Assembly (NCBI GenBank): GCA_963822375.1
Contig: CAWGHV010000032.1
Coordinates: forward strand, 12,442-76,441
Direction of reading: 5' to 3'
DNA length: 64,000 nt
Source of the DNA: an uncultured beta proteobacterium
GTDB taxonomy: Bacteria; Pseudomonadota; Gammaproteobacteria; Burkholderiales; Rhodocyclaceae
The notes under the pieces were generated by a model. That model searched no databases. It was not told the DNA's origin and saw only the letters and a program-made list of their open reading frames with translations. Position numbers and translations under genes: made by a program. Shown here piece after piece: positions 14,886 to 24,384 of this stretch; position 1 is the first letter of the stretch, and every line of letters starts with the position of its first letter.

Positions 14886-14972
14886 TGGTGCCCAGAAGAG
14901 GACTCGAACCTCCACAGTGTTGCCACCGCTAGGACCTGAACCTAGTGCGTCTACCAATTCCGCCATCTGGGC
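14886..14972 (-). tRNA. tRNA-Leu (anticodon CAG), 87 nt with encoded CCA
   Basis: The reverse complement is GCCCAGATGGCGGAATTGGTAGACGCACTAGGTTCAGGTCCTAGCGGTGGCAACACTGTGGAGGTTCGAGTCCTCTTCTGGGCACCA. It has a 7-bp acceptor stem, anticodon stem CTAGG/CCTAG with loop TTCAGGT, a long variable arm and a GGTTCGAGTCC T-loop. Confidence 0.93.
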
Positions 14973-15005
14973 GCGAAGGGCCGAATTTTAGCGGAACCCC
15001 CGATC

Positions 15006-17249
15006 TTGTCAAACGAGAAAACTAAAGCATCCAAGGTGCGCCGCCGCGACCCGTACTTCGCCGCCGAGGCGGCGAAGTACGAGAAGCCGCTGCCCTCCCG
15101 TGACTACATTCTGCAATGCCTTGGCGAGCGCGGCGTGCCGATGACATTCGAGGAAGTCGCCAAGGGCCTCGAAGTTGCCGCCGATGAGTACGAGGCGTTC
15201 GGGCGGCGCCTTGCGGCGATGGAGCGCGACGGACAGCTCATGCAGAACCGTCGCGGCGCCTATCTCATACCGGACAAGGCCGACCTGATCGCGGGCCGGG
15301 TCGAGGGGCATGCGGACGGCTATGGTTTCCTCGTGCCCGATGCCGGGGGCGCCGACCTGTTTCTTGGCGCGAACGAGATGCAAAAGGCGCTGCATGGCGA
15401 CCGGGCATTGGTCCGCCTGGTCGGCGCGGACCGACGCGGGCGGCCCGAAGGCAAGATCGTCGAGGTGCTGGAGCGCGCCAACACGCGCCTGGTCGGGCGC
15501 GTATTCGATGAGCATGGCGTGCTCTTCGTCGTCGCCGAGAATCGCCGCATCAATCAGGACATCCTGGTTGCCCCGGGCGCGCGGCACAAGCCGAAGAGCG
15601 GACAGGTCGTGGTCGTCGAAATCATCGAGCAGCCGTCGAAGTACGCGCAGCCGATGGGCCGCGTGGTCGAAGTGCTCGGTAACTATGCCGACCCCGGGAT
15701 GGAGATCGAGATCGCGCTGCGCAAGCACGATCTGCCGTTCGAGTTCGACAAGGAAGCGGCCGCGCAGGCACGCAAGCTGCCAGCCGTTGTGCGCAAGATC
15801 GACATCAAGGGTCGCGAGGATCTGCGCGACCTGCCGCTGGTGACGATCGACGGCGAGACCGCCAAGGATTTCGACGACGCGGTGTTTTGCGAACGGCTGA
15901 GCGCGGCGGCTGGCAAGGATGTCGCCGGGGGCTTCCGGCTGGTCGTCGCGATCGCCGACGTCGGCCACTATGTGCCCGCCGCCAGCGCGCTCGATGCCGC
16001 CGCCTACGAGCGCGGCAACTCGGTGTACTTTCCGCGCCGGGTCATCCCGATGCTGCCGGAGAAACTCTCCAACGGACTGTGCTCACTCAATCCGCAGGTG
16101 GATCGGCTCGTCATGCTCTGCGATATGACGATTTCTTCCGGCGGGCAGATCAAGCGGTATCGCTTCGCCCAGGGTGTCATCCACTCGCATGCGCGGCTGA
16201 CCTACACCGAGGTCGCGGCGGCGCTCTATGAGGCGGAGTCGGAGGCCCGACAGAAGCTGGCGCCGTTGCTGCCACAACTTCAAGACCTCGACGCACTTTA
16301 CAGCGTACTCGCCAAGGCTCGGAAGAAGCGCGGCGCCATTGATTTCGAGACGGTCGAGACGCGCATGGAATTCGACTCGCATGGCAAGATCGAGCGCATC
16401 GTGCCCTATGAGCGCAATGACGCCCACCGCATCATCGAGGAGTGCATGCTGGCGGCGAACGTGTGCGCGTCGGATTTTCTCAAGCGCAACGAACAGCCCG
16501 CGCTGTATCGCATTCACGAGGGGCCGACGCCGCAAAAGCTCGCCAAGCTGCGCGAATTCCTCAAGGAGTTCAGCCTCGCTCTGAGCGGCGGCGAAGAACC
16601 TCATGCAGCCGACTATGCGAATCTGCTGGCGAAAATACAGGAACGCCCCGACAAGCAGCTATTGCAGACAGTGATGCTGCGCTCGCTGAAGCAGGCGATG
16701 TACAGCCCGGACAACGTCGGCCACTTCGGTCTTGCGTACGAGTCCTACACCCACTTCACCTCGCCGATCCGGCGCTACCCGGATCTGCTGATTCATCGGG
16801 CGATCAAGGAGGTTTTGAACGGCGCGCGCTACCGCGGCGGAGACTGGGCCGACATCGGCCTGCATTGCTCACAAACCGAGCGCCGCGCCGACGAAGCGAC
16901 CCGCGACGTCGAAGCCTGGTTGAAGTGCTACTACATGCGCGATCGCATCGGCGAAGAGTTTGCCGGCAGCGTTTCGGCGGTCGTGCCCTTCGGGATCTTC
17001 GTCGCGCTCGACGGCGTATTCGTCGAGGGACTGGTGCACATCTCGGACCTAGGCGCCGACTACTTTCACTACGAGGAGGCCAGACACCAACTCGTCGGCG
17101 AGCGTAGCGACCAGCGCTTCCGTCTAGGTGACCGGGTGCGGGTGGAGCTGGTGCGGGTGGATATGGATCAGAACAAGATCGACTTCCGCCTTGCCGGCGC
17201 CGCGAGCCTGGAGCGGCGCCGCGAGAAGTCCAGTAAGCCGCGGCGCTAG
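15006..17249 (+). CDS. rnr: ribonuclease R
   Basis: Intact 747-aa ORF. The RNB domain shows VTIDGETAKDFDDAV, NSVYFPRRVIPMLPEKLSNGLCSLNP and HFGLAYESYTHFTSPIRRYPDL. A C-terminal S1 domain and a basic tail follow. Confidence 0.95.
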   Translation: MSNEKTKASKVRRRDPYFAAEAAKYEKPLPSRDYILQCLGERGVPMTFEEVAKGLEVAADEYEAFGRRLAAMERDGQLMQNRRGAYLIPDKADLIAGRVEGHADGYGFLVPDAGGADLFLGANEMQKALHGDRALVRLVGADRRGRPEGKIVEVLERANTRLVGRVFDEHGVLFVVAENRRINQDILVAPGARHKPKSGQVVVVEIIEQPSKYAQPMGRVVEVLGNYADPGMEIEIALRKHDLPFEFDKEAAAQARKLPAVVRKIDIKGREDLRDLPLVTIDGETAKDFDDAVFCERLSAAAGKDVAGGFRLVVAIADVGHYVPAASALDAAAYERGNSVYFPRRVIPMLPEKLSNGLCSLNPQVDRLVMLCDMTISSGGQIKRYRFAQGVIHSHARLTYTEVAAALYEAESEARQKLAPLLPQLQDLDALYSVLAKARKKRGAIDFETVETRMEFDSHGKIERIVPYERNDAHRIIEECMLAANVCASDFLKRNEQPALYRIHEGPTPQKLAKLREFLKEFSLALSGGEEPHAADYANLLAKIQERPDKQLLQTVMLRSLKQAMYSPDNVGHFGLAYESYTHFTSPIRRYPDLLIHRAIKEVLNGARYRGGDWADIGLHCSQTERRADEATRDVEAWLKCYYMRDRIGEEFAGSVSAVVPFGIFVALDGVFVEGLVHISDLGADYFHYEEARHQLVGERSDQRFRLGDRVRVELVRVDMDQNKIDFRLAGAASLERRREKSSKPRR

Positions 17250-17284
17250 GGGCGCTGGCCGGCGGAAGCGAAAAACTGGCGGTG

Positions 17285-17464
17285 CTACCAGACCAGCCAG
17301 TCGTCGTCGATTGCGTCGAATGTGGACAGGTCGATTTCGCTCGAGAGGGCAGCCAACCGCTGAGCAAGCAGGCTCCGAGCGCTTAGGCCTTGCTCTGCCG
17401 GCTTCAAGTATCGAGCGGGACTGCACGCGTTGAGGGATTCGCAGGGGATGTCGTCCAGTCTCAT
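17285..17464 (-). CDS. hypothetical 59-aa acidic protein (below the ORF-track cutoff)
   Basis: Manual translation gives MRLDDIPCESLNACSPARYLKPAEQGLSARSLLAQRLAALSSEIDLSTFDAIDDDWLVW. GAGGA lies 7 nt upstream of the ATG, and third-position G+C is about three quarters by hand count. I recognise no family. Confidence 0.35.
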   Translation of the reverse strand: MRLDDIPCESLNACSPARYLKPAEQGLSARSLLAQRLAALSSEIDLSTFDAIDDDWLVW

Positions 17465-17713
17465 GTCTTGGTCCTCGTTGGTGTCGGTCTTGAGTGATGC
17501 TTGCTATCTGTCAGGCAGGAACGGCGCGGGCGGGCCGCGATTGAGGCGCTTGCCCGATCCGGGCCGTGATGAACTGCGCGGTTTCCAACCGCGGGGTGCG
17601 AAACGCGTCACACCATCGCCGGATCGCAAGATCGACGGCACGCCCTGGCGCGGATGCGGCGTCGCGCGCGCCCGCCGCATGCACGAGACCTGCGCCAAGG
17701 AGCGCTAGCCTCA

Positions 17714-18460
17714 ATGGCTGAGACACGCTTCATCTACGGTTTTCATTCAGTGGGCGCGAAACTGCGGCAGTCCGCCGATTCCGTAGGCGAGATCTTCGTC
17801 CTCGAGGCCCGTCAGGATGCTAGGGTGCGCGATCTGCTCAAGCTCGCGGACACGCTTGGTGTGCGCGTGCGCCCGGTGGCCGCCGCGCGGCTCGACGGTA
17901 TGGTGGGCCACGTCCGTCATCAGGGCGTGGTGGCGAGGGTCGAGGCGATCCTGCGTCAGCTCAAGCTGGAGGATGTACTCGATACGTTGGCGGAGCCGGC
18001 GCTGCTGCTGGTTCTGGACGGCGTGCAGGATCCGCACAACCTCGGCGCCTGTCTGCGCGTCGCCGATGCCGCTGGTGCGCACGCCGTGATCGCGCCCAAG
18101 GATCGGGCGGTTGGGCTGACCGCCACAGCGGTCAAGGTCGCCTGCGGCGCCGCCGAGTCCGTGCCCTACATCACCGTCACCAATCTGGCGCGGACCCTGC
18201 GCGAGTTGCAGGAGCACCGGATCTGGACCGTCGGCGCCGATGCAGAAGCCGCCAAGGATGTCTACGGCATCGACCAGAGCGGCGCCATCGCCTGGGTGGC
18301 GGGCGCCGAAGGCGCGGGGCTGCGCCGTCTGACACGCGAGACTTGCGACGAACTGGCGCACATCCCTATGTACGGCAGTGTCGAGAGCCTTAACGTCTCG
18401 GTGGCGAGTGGAATCTGCCTGTTCGAGGCGCGACGGCAGCGCGCTTGCGGAGCAAAATAG
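17714..18460 (+). CDS. rlmB: 23S rRNA (guanosine-2'-O)-methyltransferase RlmB (SpoU/TrmH family)
   Basis: MAETRFIYGFHSVGAKL.. is the N-terminal substrate-binding domain. The SpoU motifs LVLDGVQDPHNLGACLR, AWVAGAEGAGLR and IPMYGSVESLNVSVASGI are present. It follows rnr, as in many proteobacteria. Confidence 0.9.
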   Translation: MAETRFIYGFHSVGAKLRQSADSVGEIFVLEARQDARVRDLLKLADTLGVRVRPVAAARLDGMVGHVRHQGVVARVEAILRQLKLEDVLDTLAEPALLLVLDGVQDPHNLGACLRVADAAGAHAVIAPKDRAVGLTATAVKVACGAAESVPYITVTNLARTLRELQEHRIWTVGADAEAAKDVYGIDQSGAIAWVAGAEGAGLRRLTRETCDELAHIPMYGSVESLNVSVASGICLFEARRQRACGAK

Positions 18461-18501
18461 CGCTCGCAGCACCGTTAAACAAGCTCGGAGAGGTGGAACA
18501 A

Positions 18502-20187
18502 ATGTCGAACACGAACGCCTTCCTGCAAGCCCGTGATTTCCTCCAAGCGCACCGCACGGATTACGACAAGGCCTATCGCGAATTCAGTTGGCCGTCTTTG
18601 ACGCAGTTCAACTGGGCGCTCGACTATTTCGACCCGATGGCCAGCGGAAATTCGGCACCCGCGCTGTGGGTCGTGCACGAAGACGGCAGCGAGGAAAAGT
18701 TATCGTTCGAGCAGATGTCCGAGCGCTCGAGCCGCGTCGCCAATCATCTGCGCGGGCTTGGCGTGAAGCGCGGCGACCGCCTGCTGGTGATGCTCGGCAA
18801 CGAAGTGGCGCTATGGGACTTGATGCTGGCGGCAATCAAGCTCGGCGCGGTCATAAGCCCGGCGACGACGCTGCTCACCAGCGCCGACCTGCGCGATCGC
18901 CTTGATCGCGGCAACATCCGCCACGTCGTCGCCGGCGCGGCGAATGCCGACAAGTTCAATGCCCTGCCGGGAGACTACTCGCGCATCAGCGTGGGTGGCG
19001 CGGTACCTGGCTGGCATCGCTTCGAGGGTGCCTATAAGGTGTCCGCGCGCTTCGAACCGAACGGGCCGACCGCCGCGGACGATCCGCTCCTGCTGTATTT
19101 CACCTCGGGCACTACGTCGAAGCCGAAGCTGGTCCTGCATTCGCAGCAAAGCTACCCGATCGGCCATTTGTCGACGATGTACTGGATCGGGCTGCGCCAG
19201 GGCGACGTTCACTTCAACATCAGCTCGCCAGGCTGGGCCAAGCATGCCTGGAGTTGCTTCTTCGCTCCGTGGAACGCCGGCGCCACGGTGTTCATCTACA
19301 ACAGCGCGCGCTTCAACGCGCGCGCCGTGCTCGACGTGATCGTGCGCTGCGACGTGACGACCCTATGCGCGCCGCCTACGGTGTGGCGCATGCTGATCCA
19401 GGAAGACCTGGGCGCTTACAAGACCCGCCTGCGCGAACTCATCGGCGCCGGCGAGCCGCTCAATCCCGAAGTCATCGAGCGCGTGCGCGATGCCTGGAGC
19501 ATCACGATCCGCGACGGTTTCGGTCAGACAGAGACCACGGCGCAAGTCGGCAACTCGCCGGGGCAGGCACTGAAGCTCGGTTCGATGGGACGGCCGCTGC
19601 CCGGTTATCGCGTCGAGCTGCTCGACGTCGAGGGAAATGCGGCCAGTGAGGGCGAGATCTGCCTGGTGCTGGAGCCGCGGCCGCTCGGACTCATGATCGG
19701 TTATGCCGACGACGCCGACAAGAGCGCCGAGGCGATGCGGGGCGGCTACTACCACACCGGCGACGTCGCCGAACGCGATGCCGACGGGTACATCACCTAC
19801 GTCGGCCGTGCCGACGATGTGTTCAAGGCCTCCGACTACCGCATCAGCCCGTTCGAGCTGGAGAGCGTGCTGATCGAGCATCCGGCAGTCGCCGAGGCGG
19901 CGGTGGTGCCGAGCCCTGATCCGCTGCGCTTAGCGGTACCGAAAGCCTTCCTGGTTCTGGCGGCCGGCCACATGCCGAGCCGCGAGTTGGCGCGCGAGAT
20001 CTTCGCCTTCACGCGTGAGCGCCTGGCGCCGTTCAAGCGCATCCGCCGGCTTGAGTTCGCCGATCTGCCGAAGACGATTTCCGGCAAGATCCGGCGCGTC
20101 GAGTTGCGCAAAGGCGAACAGGGTAGACAGCCAGGCACCACGCGCGGCAGTCTTGAGTTTTTCGAGGAGGATTTCCCCGACCTGTAG
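18502..20187 (+). CDS. AMP-dependent acyl-CoA synthetase (medium-chain type)
   Basis: Carries the AMP-binding signature [14 protein letters not shown] plus [28 protein letters not shown] and [10 protein letters not shown]. The reading frame is intact. Confidence 0.88.
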   Translation: MSNTNAFLQARDFLQAHRTDYDKAYREFSWPSLTQFNWALDYFDPMASGNSAPALWVVHEDGSEEKLSFEQMSERSSRVANHLRGLGVKRGDRLLVMLGNEVALWDLMLAAIKLGAVISPATTLLTSADLRDRLDRGNIRHVVAGAANADKFNALPGDYSRISVGGAVPGWHRFEGAYKVSARFEPNGPTAADDPLLLYFTSGTTSKPKLVLHSQQSYPIGHLSTMYWIGLRQGDVHFNISSPGWAKHAWSCFFAPWNAGATVFIYNSARFNARAVLDVIVRCDVTTLCAPPTVWRMLIQEDLGAYKTRLRELIGAGEPLNPEVIERVRDAWSITIRDGFGQTETTAQVGNSPGQALKLGSMGRPLPGYRVELLDVEGNAASEGEICLVLEPRPLGLMIGYADDADKSAEAMRGGYYHTGDVAERDADGYITYVGRADDVFKASDYRISPFELESVLIEHPAVAEAAVVPSPDPLRLAVPKAFLVLAAGHMPSRELAREIFAFTRERLAPFKRIRRLEFADLPKTISGKIRRVELRKGEQGRQPGTTRGSLEFFEEDFPDL

Positions 20188-20208
20188 GGGTGCCCCGCGC
20201 GGTGCGCT

Positions 20209-20237
20209 TTGGCACTCGAGCTCGAATCGGCTATACT
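20209..20237 (+). promoter_or_regulatory. sigma-70-type promoter of the rpsF operon
   Basis: TTGGCA (20209-20214), a 17-bp spacer, then TATACT (20232-20237), about 70 nt upstream of the rpsF ATG. Confidence 0.55.
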
Positions 20238-20308
20238 ACTCGGCTTTCCTTGCTCCACCGGTTTCGCATGCCGGGGGGCCTCAGCAGCGCCATCCACAAG
20301 GAGATCGC

Positions 20309-20755
20309 ATGCGACATTACGAAATCGTCTTTATCGTCCACCCGGACCAGAGCGAACAGGTTCCGGCGATGATCGAGCGCTACAAGACCCTGCTGGCCGC
20401 ACGCAACGGCAAGATTCACCGCCTCGAGGACTGGGGGCGCCGGCAACTCGCCTTTCCGATCCAGAAGATGCACAAGGCGCACTATGTGCTGATGAACATC
20501 GAGTGCGACAGCGAAACGCTGAGCGAGCTCGAGCATGCTTTCCGTTTCAATGACGCCGTGCTGCGCCACCTCACGGTGCAGATGAAGGACGCGGTGACCA
20601 CGCCGTCGCCGATGATGAAGGAAGAGAAAGCGAAATCACTGACCCCCGCGCCGGCCGCGCCGCCCGAGACCGCTGCTGCTGAAGCTCCGTCGGTGGGGAC
20701 GTCGCAGGCCGAGGCCAAACCCGAGGCCGATCCCGAGACACAGCCTGCCGCTTGA
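20309..20755 (+). CDS. rpsF: 30S ribosomal protein S6 with an acidic/Ala-Pro-rich C-terminal tail
   Basis: [65 protein letters not shown] lies 7 nt upstream of the ATG. Confidence 0.95.
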   Translation: MRHYEIVFIVHPDQSEQVPAMIERYKTLLAARNGKIHRLEDWGRRQLAFPIQKMHKAHYVLMNIECDSETLSELEHAFRFNDAVLRHLTVQMKDAVTTPSPMMKEEKAKSLTPAPAAPPETAAAEAPSVGTSQAEAKPEADPETQPAA

Positions 20756-20758
20756 GCG

Positions 20759-21091
20759 GTGGGCCACCATGTGGAAAACGAAGTACGGCTCGGCGGCTCA
20801 TTGATCGAACGTTCGGTGCTGCGCTACACACCAGGCGGAACGCCCGCCGTGAGCTTCAGGTTGCGCCACGAATCGGAACAAATCGAAAGTGATCTGCCAA
20901 GGAAAGTGGAGTGCGAACTGCAGGCGGTGGCGTTGGGACGGCCTGGCCAGTTGATCGCTGCTGCCAATCTCGGTTGCGCAGTCAAGCTCACCGGGTTCCT
21001 CGCGGCAAAAGGCCAGCGAAGCAAGACGCCCGTGCTGCACGTGACAACGATCGAATTCTTGGAAGGAACGGAACATGGCATTCAGACCTAA
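20759..21091 (+). CDS. priB: primosomal replication protein N (PriB)
   Basis: An SSB-fold-like [38 protein letters not shown] lies between rpsF and rpsR. The start is either GTG 20759 or GTG 20771. Confidence 0.85.
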   Translation: MGHHVENEVRLGGSLIERSVLRYTPGGTPAVSFRLRHESEQIESDLPRKVECELQAVALGRPGQLIAAANLGCAVKLTGFLAAKGQRSKTPVLHVTTIEFLEGTEHGIQT

Positions 21092-21353
21092 GCCCAAGCC
21101 CGGGCAGAAGCGCGACAAGGATCGCGGGCAGCGTGGCGGTTTCAAGCGCCGCAAGTACTGCCGCTTCACGGCGGAGAAGATCCTGTGGATCGACTACAAG
21201 GATGTCGATCTGCTGAAGGACTTCGTCACCGAGAACGGCAAGATCATGCCGGCGCGGATCACCGGTACCAAGACCGGCTATCAGCGCCAGCTGTCCACGG
21301 CGATCAAGCGCGCGCGCTACCTGGCGCTGATGCCGTATTCCGATCTGCACTGA
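21075..21353 (+). CDS. rpsR: 30S ribosomal protein S18
   Basis: [64 protein letters not shown]. Confidence 0.95.
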   Translation: MAFRPKPKPGQKRDKDRGQRGGFKRRKYCRFTAEKILWIDYKDVDLLKDFVTENGKIMPARITGTKTGYQRQLSTAIKRARYLALMPYSDLH

Positions 21354-21362
21354 GGGAGCACG

Positions 21363-21821
21363 ATGCAAGTCATCCTGATGGAAAACGTACTCGACCTGGG
21401 CGAACTGGGCGAGGTGGTGCAGGTCAAGCCGGGTTATGCGCGCAACTTCCTCATTCCAAGAGGCAAAGCGAAGCGCGTGACCCCGGAGAATCTCGCGGTG
21501 TTCGAAGCACGGCGTCTCGAGTTGGAAAAGGTGCAGGCGGAGAAGCTTGCCGGCGCCCGGGAGCTCGCCGCAAAACTCGAAGGCGTGACGGTTCAAGTCA
21601 CGCGCAAGGCCGGTCTCGACGGGCGCCTGTTCGGCTCGGTGAGCAACTTCGACATCGCCGAGGCCTTGCTCGCGCAAGGCTTGGAGGTGGAGAAAAGCGC
21701 GATCCGGCTTCCCGAAGGGCCGCTAAAGGCGATCGGCGACTTCACTATCGAGATTGCGCTTCATGCTGATGTCGTAACGTCGATTACCGTCTCGGTGCTC
21801 GGCGAAAGTAGGCAGGGCTAG
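21363..21821 (+). CDS. rplI: 50S ribosomal protein L9
   Basis: MQVILMENVLDLGELGEVVQVKPGYARNFLIPRGKAKRVT... Confidence 0.95.
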   Translation: MQVILMENVLDLGELGEVVQVKPGYARNFLIPRGKAKRVTPENLAVFEARRLELEKVQAEKLAGARELAAKLEGVTVQVTRKAGLDGRLFGSVSNFDIAEALLAQGLEVEKSAIRLPEGPLKAIGDFTIEIALHADVVTSITVSVLGESRQG

Positions 21822-21845
21822 CATCGCGGCCCAAGCCGCGCAACA

Positions 21846-21877
21846 AAAGAGGCCGCAGCGCGGCCTCTTTCTTTATT
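21846..21877 (+). terminator. intrinsic terminator after rplI
   Basis: An 11-bp stem (AAAGAGGCCGC / GCGGCCTCTTT) with a 3-nt loop is followed by CTTTATT. Confidence 0.8.
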
Positions 21878-21915
21878 GGAGCGTATGCCGCGCGGGCGCA
21901 ATTGCTCGAACCGAA

Positions 21916-21948
21916 GATTTCCACTCGTTTTCCACAGCCTGTCCACAG
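21916..21948 (+). promoter_or_regulatory. three tandem 11-bp repeats containing DnaA-box-like TTTCCAC/TGTCCACA cores upstream of dnaB
   Basis: The repeats are GATTTCCACTC GTTTTCCACAG CCTGTCCACAG. The middle copy, TTTTCCACA, fits the relaxed DnaA box TTWTNCACA. They lie about 65 bp upstream of the dnaB ATG. Confidence 0.4.
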
Positions 21949-22013
21949 CTTGTTCTCTCTACAAGCGCCGAGTCCGCGTGTAGACTCCTCGCGAACTAGA
22001 GGAGACCAAAACG

Positions 22014-23419
22014 ATGGCTCAGCCACGCGCGTTCGCTTTTCCCACCACACTCGATCCACAAGTCGCCGCTCTCAAGCTCCCGCCGCACTCGATCGAGGCC
22101 GAGCAATCGCTGATCGGCGGTTTGCTGCTCGACAATTCGGCGTGGGATCGCATCGCCGATCTGGTGACCGAGAACGATTTCTATCGCGACGATCACCGCC
22201 GCATTTTCCGGCACGTCGAGCAAGCTGATCGAGCTGGCGAAGCCGGCGGATGTCGTCACGGTGTTCGAATCGATCGAGAAGAGCGACGAAGTGGAGCAGG
22301 CCGGCGGACTCGCCTACCTCGGCGAGATCGCCAACAACACGCCTTCGGCCGCCAACATCCGCCGCTATGCGGAGATCGTGCGCGAGCGAGCGGTCCTGCG
22401 AAAGCTCGTCAGCGCCGGGCGACCGAGATCGCGTCCACTGCGCTGAATCCGCTCGGCAAGGACGCCAAGACGCTGCTCGACGAGGCCGAGAGCAAGATCT
22501 TCGAGATCGCCGAGGCCGGCGCGCGCAGCACACCAGGGCTTCGTCGCCGATCCAGCCACTGCTCGGCGAAGTGGTCGACCGCATTCAAGAACTCTACGAC
22601 CGCGACAACCCGTCCGACATCACCGGTCGTGCCGACCGGGTTCCACCGATCTCGACGGCATGACCTCGGGCCTGCAGCCGGGCGACCTGATCATCGTCGC
22701 CGGCCGCCCGTCGATGGGCAAGACCGCGTTCGCGCTCAACATCGCCGAGCACGTGGCGGTGGACATGCGCCTACCGGTGGCGATCTTCAGCCTGGAGATG
22801 CCGGGCTCGCAACTGGCGATGCGCTTATTGGCTTCGCATGGCCGGCTCGACCAGCAGCGCATGCGCACCGGCCGCCTCAACGACGACGAATGGGAGCGCA
22901 TGACCGACGCGCTGGGCAAGCTGCACGAGGCGCCGATCCACATCGACGAGAGCGGCGGCATCAACGCCGTCGACCTGCGGGCGCGCGCGCGGCGGCTGCT
23001 ACCGCCAGTACGGCAAGCTCGGCCTGATCGTGGTCGACTATCTGCAGCTGATGTCGGCCACCACGCAGGGCGAGAACCGGGCCACGGAGATCTCCGAGAT
23101 CTCGCGCTCGATCAAGGCGCTGGCCAAGGAACTCAACGTGCCGATCGTGGCGCTGTCGCAGCTCAACCGCGAACTGGAGCAGCGCCCCAACAAACGCCCG
23201 GTGATGTCCGACCTGCGCGAATCCGGCGCCATCGAGCAGGATGCCGACCTGATCCTGTTCATCTACCGCGACGAGGTCTACAACCCCGACAGCGCGGACA
23301 AGGGCATCGCCGAGCTAATCATCGCCAAGCACCGCAACGGCCCGATCGGCATGGTGCCGCTGACCTTCCTGCGCGAGTACACGCGCTTCGAGAGCGCGGC
23401 ACGGTCGGGGTCGTATTGA
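22014..23419 (+). pseudogene. dnaB: replicative DNA helicase DnaB, at least six frameshifts between about 22200 and 23010 as assembled
   Basis: The protein is spread over ORFs 22014.., 22261.., 22250.., 22660.. and 23030... The pieces are PPHSIEAEQSLIGGLLLDN; VTVFESIEKSDEVEQAGGLAYLGEIANNTPSAANI; [14 protein letters not shown]; [22 protein letters not shown] (Walker A); and [44 protein letters not shown]. Confidence 0.93.
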
Positions 23420-23471
23420 GCCCGGCCATTCGAACGTCGGGCCGCTCCGACAAAATCACCCTCGAATTGTT

Positions 23472-23549
23472 GTAGGAGCGGCCTCCCGGCCGCGAACGCG
23501 GCTTTCGCGTTGACGCGGCGCCGATTCGCGGCGAGGACGCCGCTCCTAC
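23472..23549. repeat. REP-like palindromic intergenic element, copy 1
   Basis: GTAGGAGCGGCCTCCCGGCCGCGAA is separated by 27 bp from ATTCGCGGCGAGGACGCCGCTCCTAC, forming an imperfect inverted repeat. It lies between the convergent dnaB and murI genes, and a second copy sits at 60830-60909. Confidence 0.85.
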
Positions 23550-23565
23550 GAAACCGTCCCTGGCG

Positions 23566-24384
23566 CTATGTCAGTTTAGCGACATGCACGTTGGTCAGCG
23601 TGCGTCCGAGGAAGCGCTCGCCGATCGTTTGGAAGCGCAGCGGGATGTCGGTGACGAAAAACTCGTAGCGCGGCGCATCGCGCACCGGGCAGGCGAGGTC
23701 GCGCTCCGCCAACAGCGTCGCAGTGCGCTCGGCCATGCTCTCCGCCGAATCGACTAGGGCGACCGCCGCTCCGGCGACCTCGCGCAGTAGCGGCTTGAGC
23801 AGCGGGTAGTGGGTGCAGCCGAGGACCAGGGTATCAACATCCTGCGCGAGCACCGGCTTCAAATACTCCTGCGCGGTCAGCCGCGTGACCGGGTGGTCGA
23901 GCCAGCCTTCCTCGACCAGCGGCACGAACAGCGCACAGGCGTGCGAGAACAAGCGCACCTCCGGTTCGTACTCGTGGATGGCACGTGCATAGGCGTTGCT
24001 GTTGATCGTCGTCGGCGTGCCGATGATGCCGACGCGGCGGCTGCGCGTGGTGTGCGCCGCCGCCCAGGCGCCGGCGTCGATGACGTCGAGCGCGGGCACC
24101 GGAGACAGATCGCGCACCAGCGGCGCGGCGACCGCTGCCATCGTGTTGCACGCGACGATCAGCAGCTTGACCTGGCGCGCCAGTAGAAACTCTGCGATCT
24201 GCGTGGTGTAGTGCGCGATCGTCTCCACCGACTTGACGCCGTAGGGAACGCGCGCCGTGTCGCCGAAATAAACGATGCTCTCGAACGGCAGCCGCTCCAT
24301 CAGCGCGCGCACTACCGTGAGCCCGCCGACCCCCGAGTCGAAGACGCCGATCGCTGCGGTAGCCGTAAGGTCGGGCGAACTCAC
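23566..24384 (-). CDS. murI: glutamate racemase
   Basis: IGVFDSGVGGLTVVRAL, LLIVACNTMAAVA and LVLGCTHYPLL carry the two catalytic Cys motifs. The GTG start at 24384 overlaps the stop of the upstream PhoH-like gene (GTGA). Confidence 0.92.
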   Translation of the reverse strand: MSSPDLTATAAIGVFDSGVGGLTVVRALMERLPFESIVYFGDTARVPYGVKSVETIAHYTTQIAEFLLARQVKLLIVACNTMAAVAAPLVRDLSPVPALDVIDAGAWAAAHTTRSRRVGIIGTPTTINSNAYARAIHEYEPEVRLFSHACALFVPLVEEGWLDHPVTRLTAQEYLKPVLAQDVDTLVLGCTHYPLLKPLLREVAGAAVALVDSAESMAERTATLLAERDLACPVRDAPRYEFFVTDIPLRFQTIGERFLGRTLTNVHVAKLT

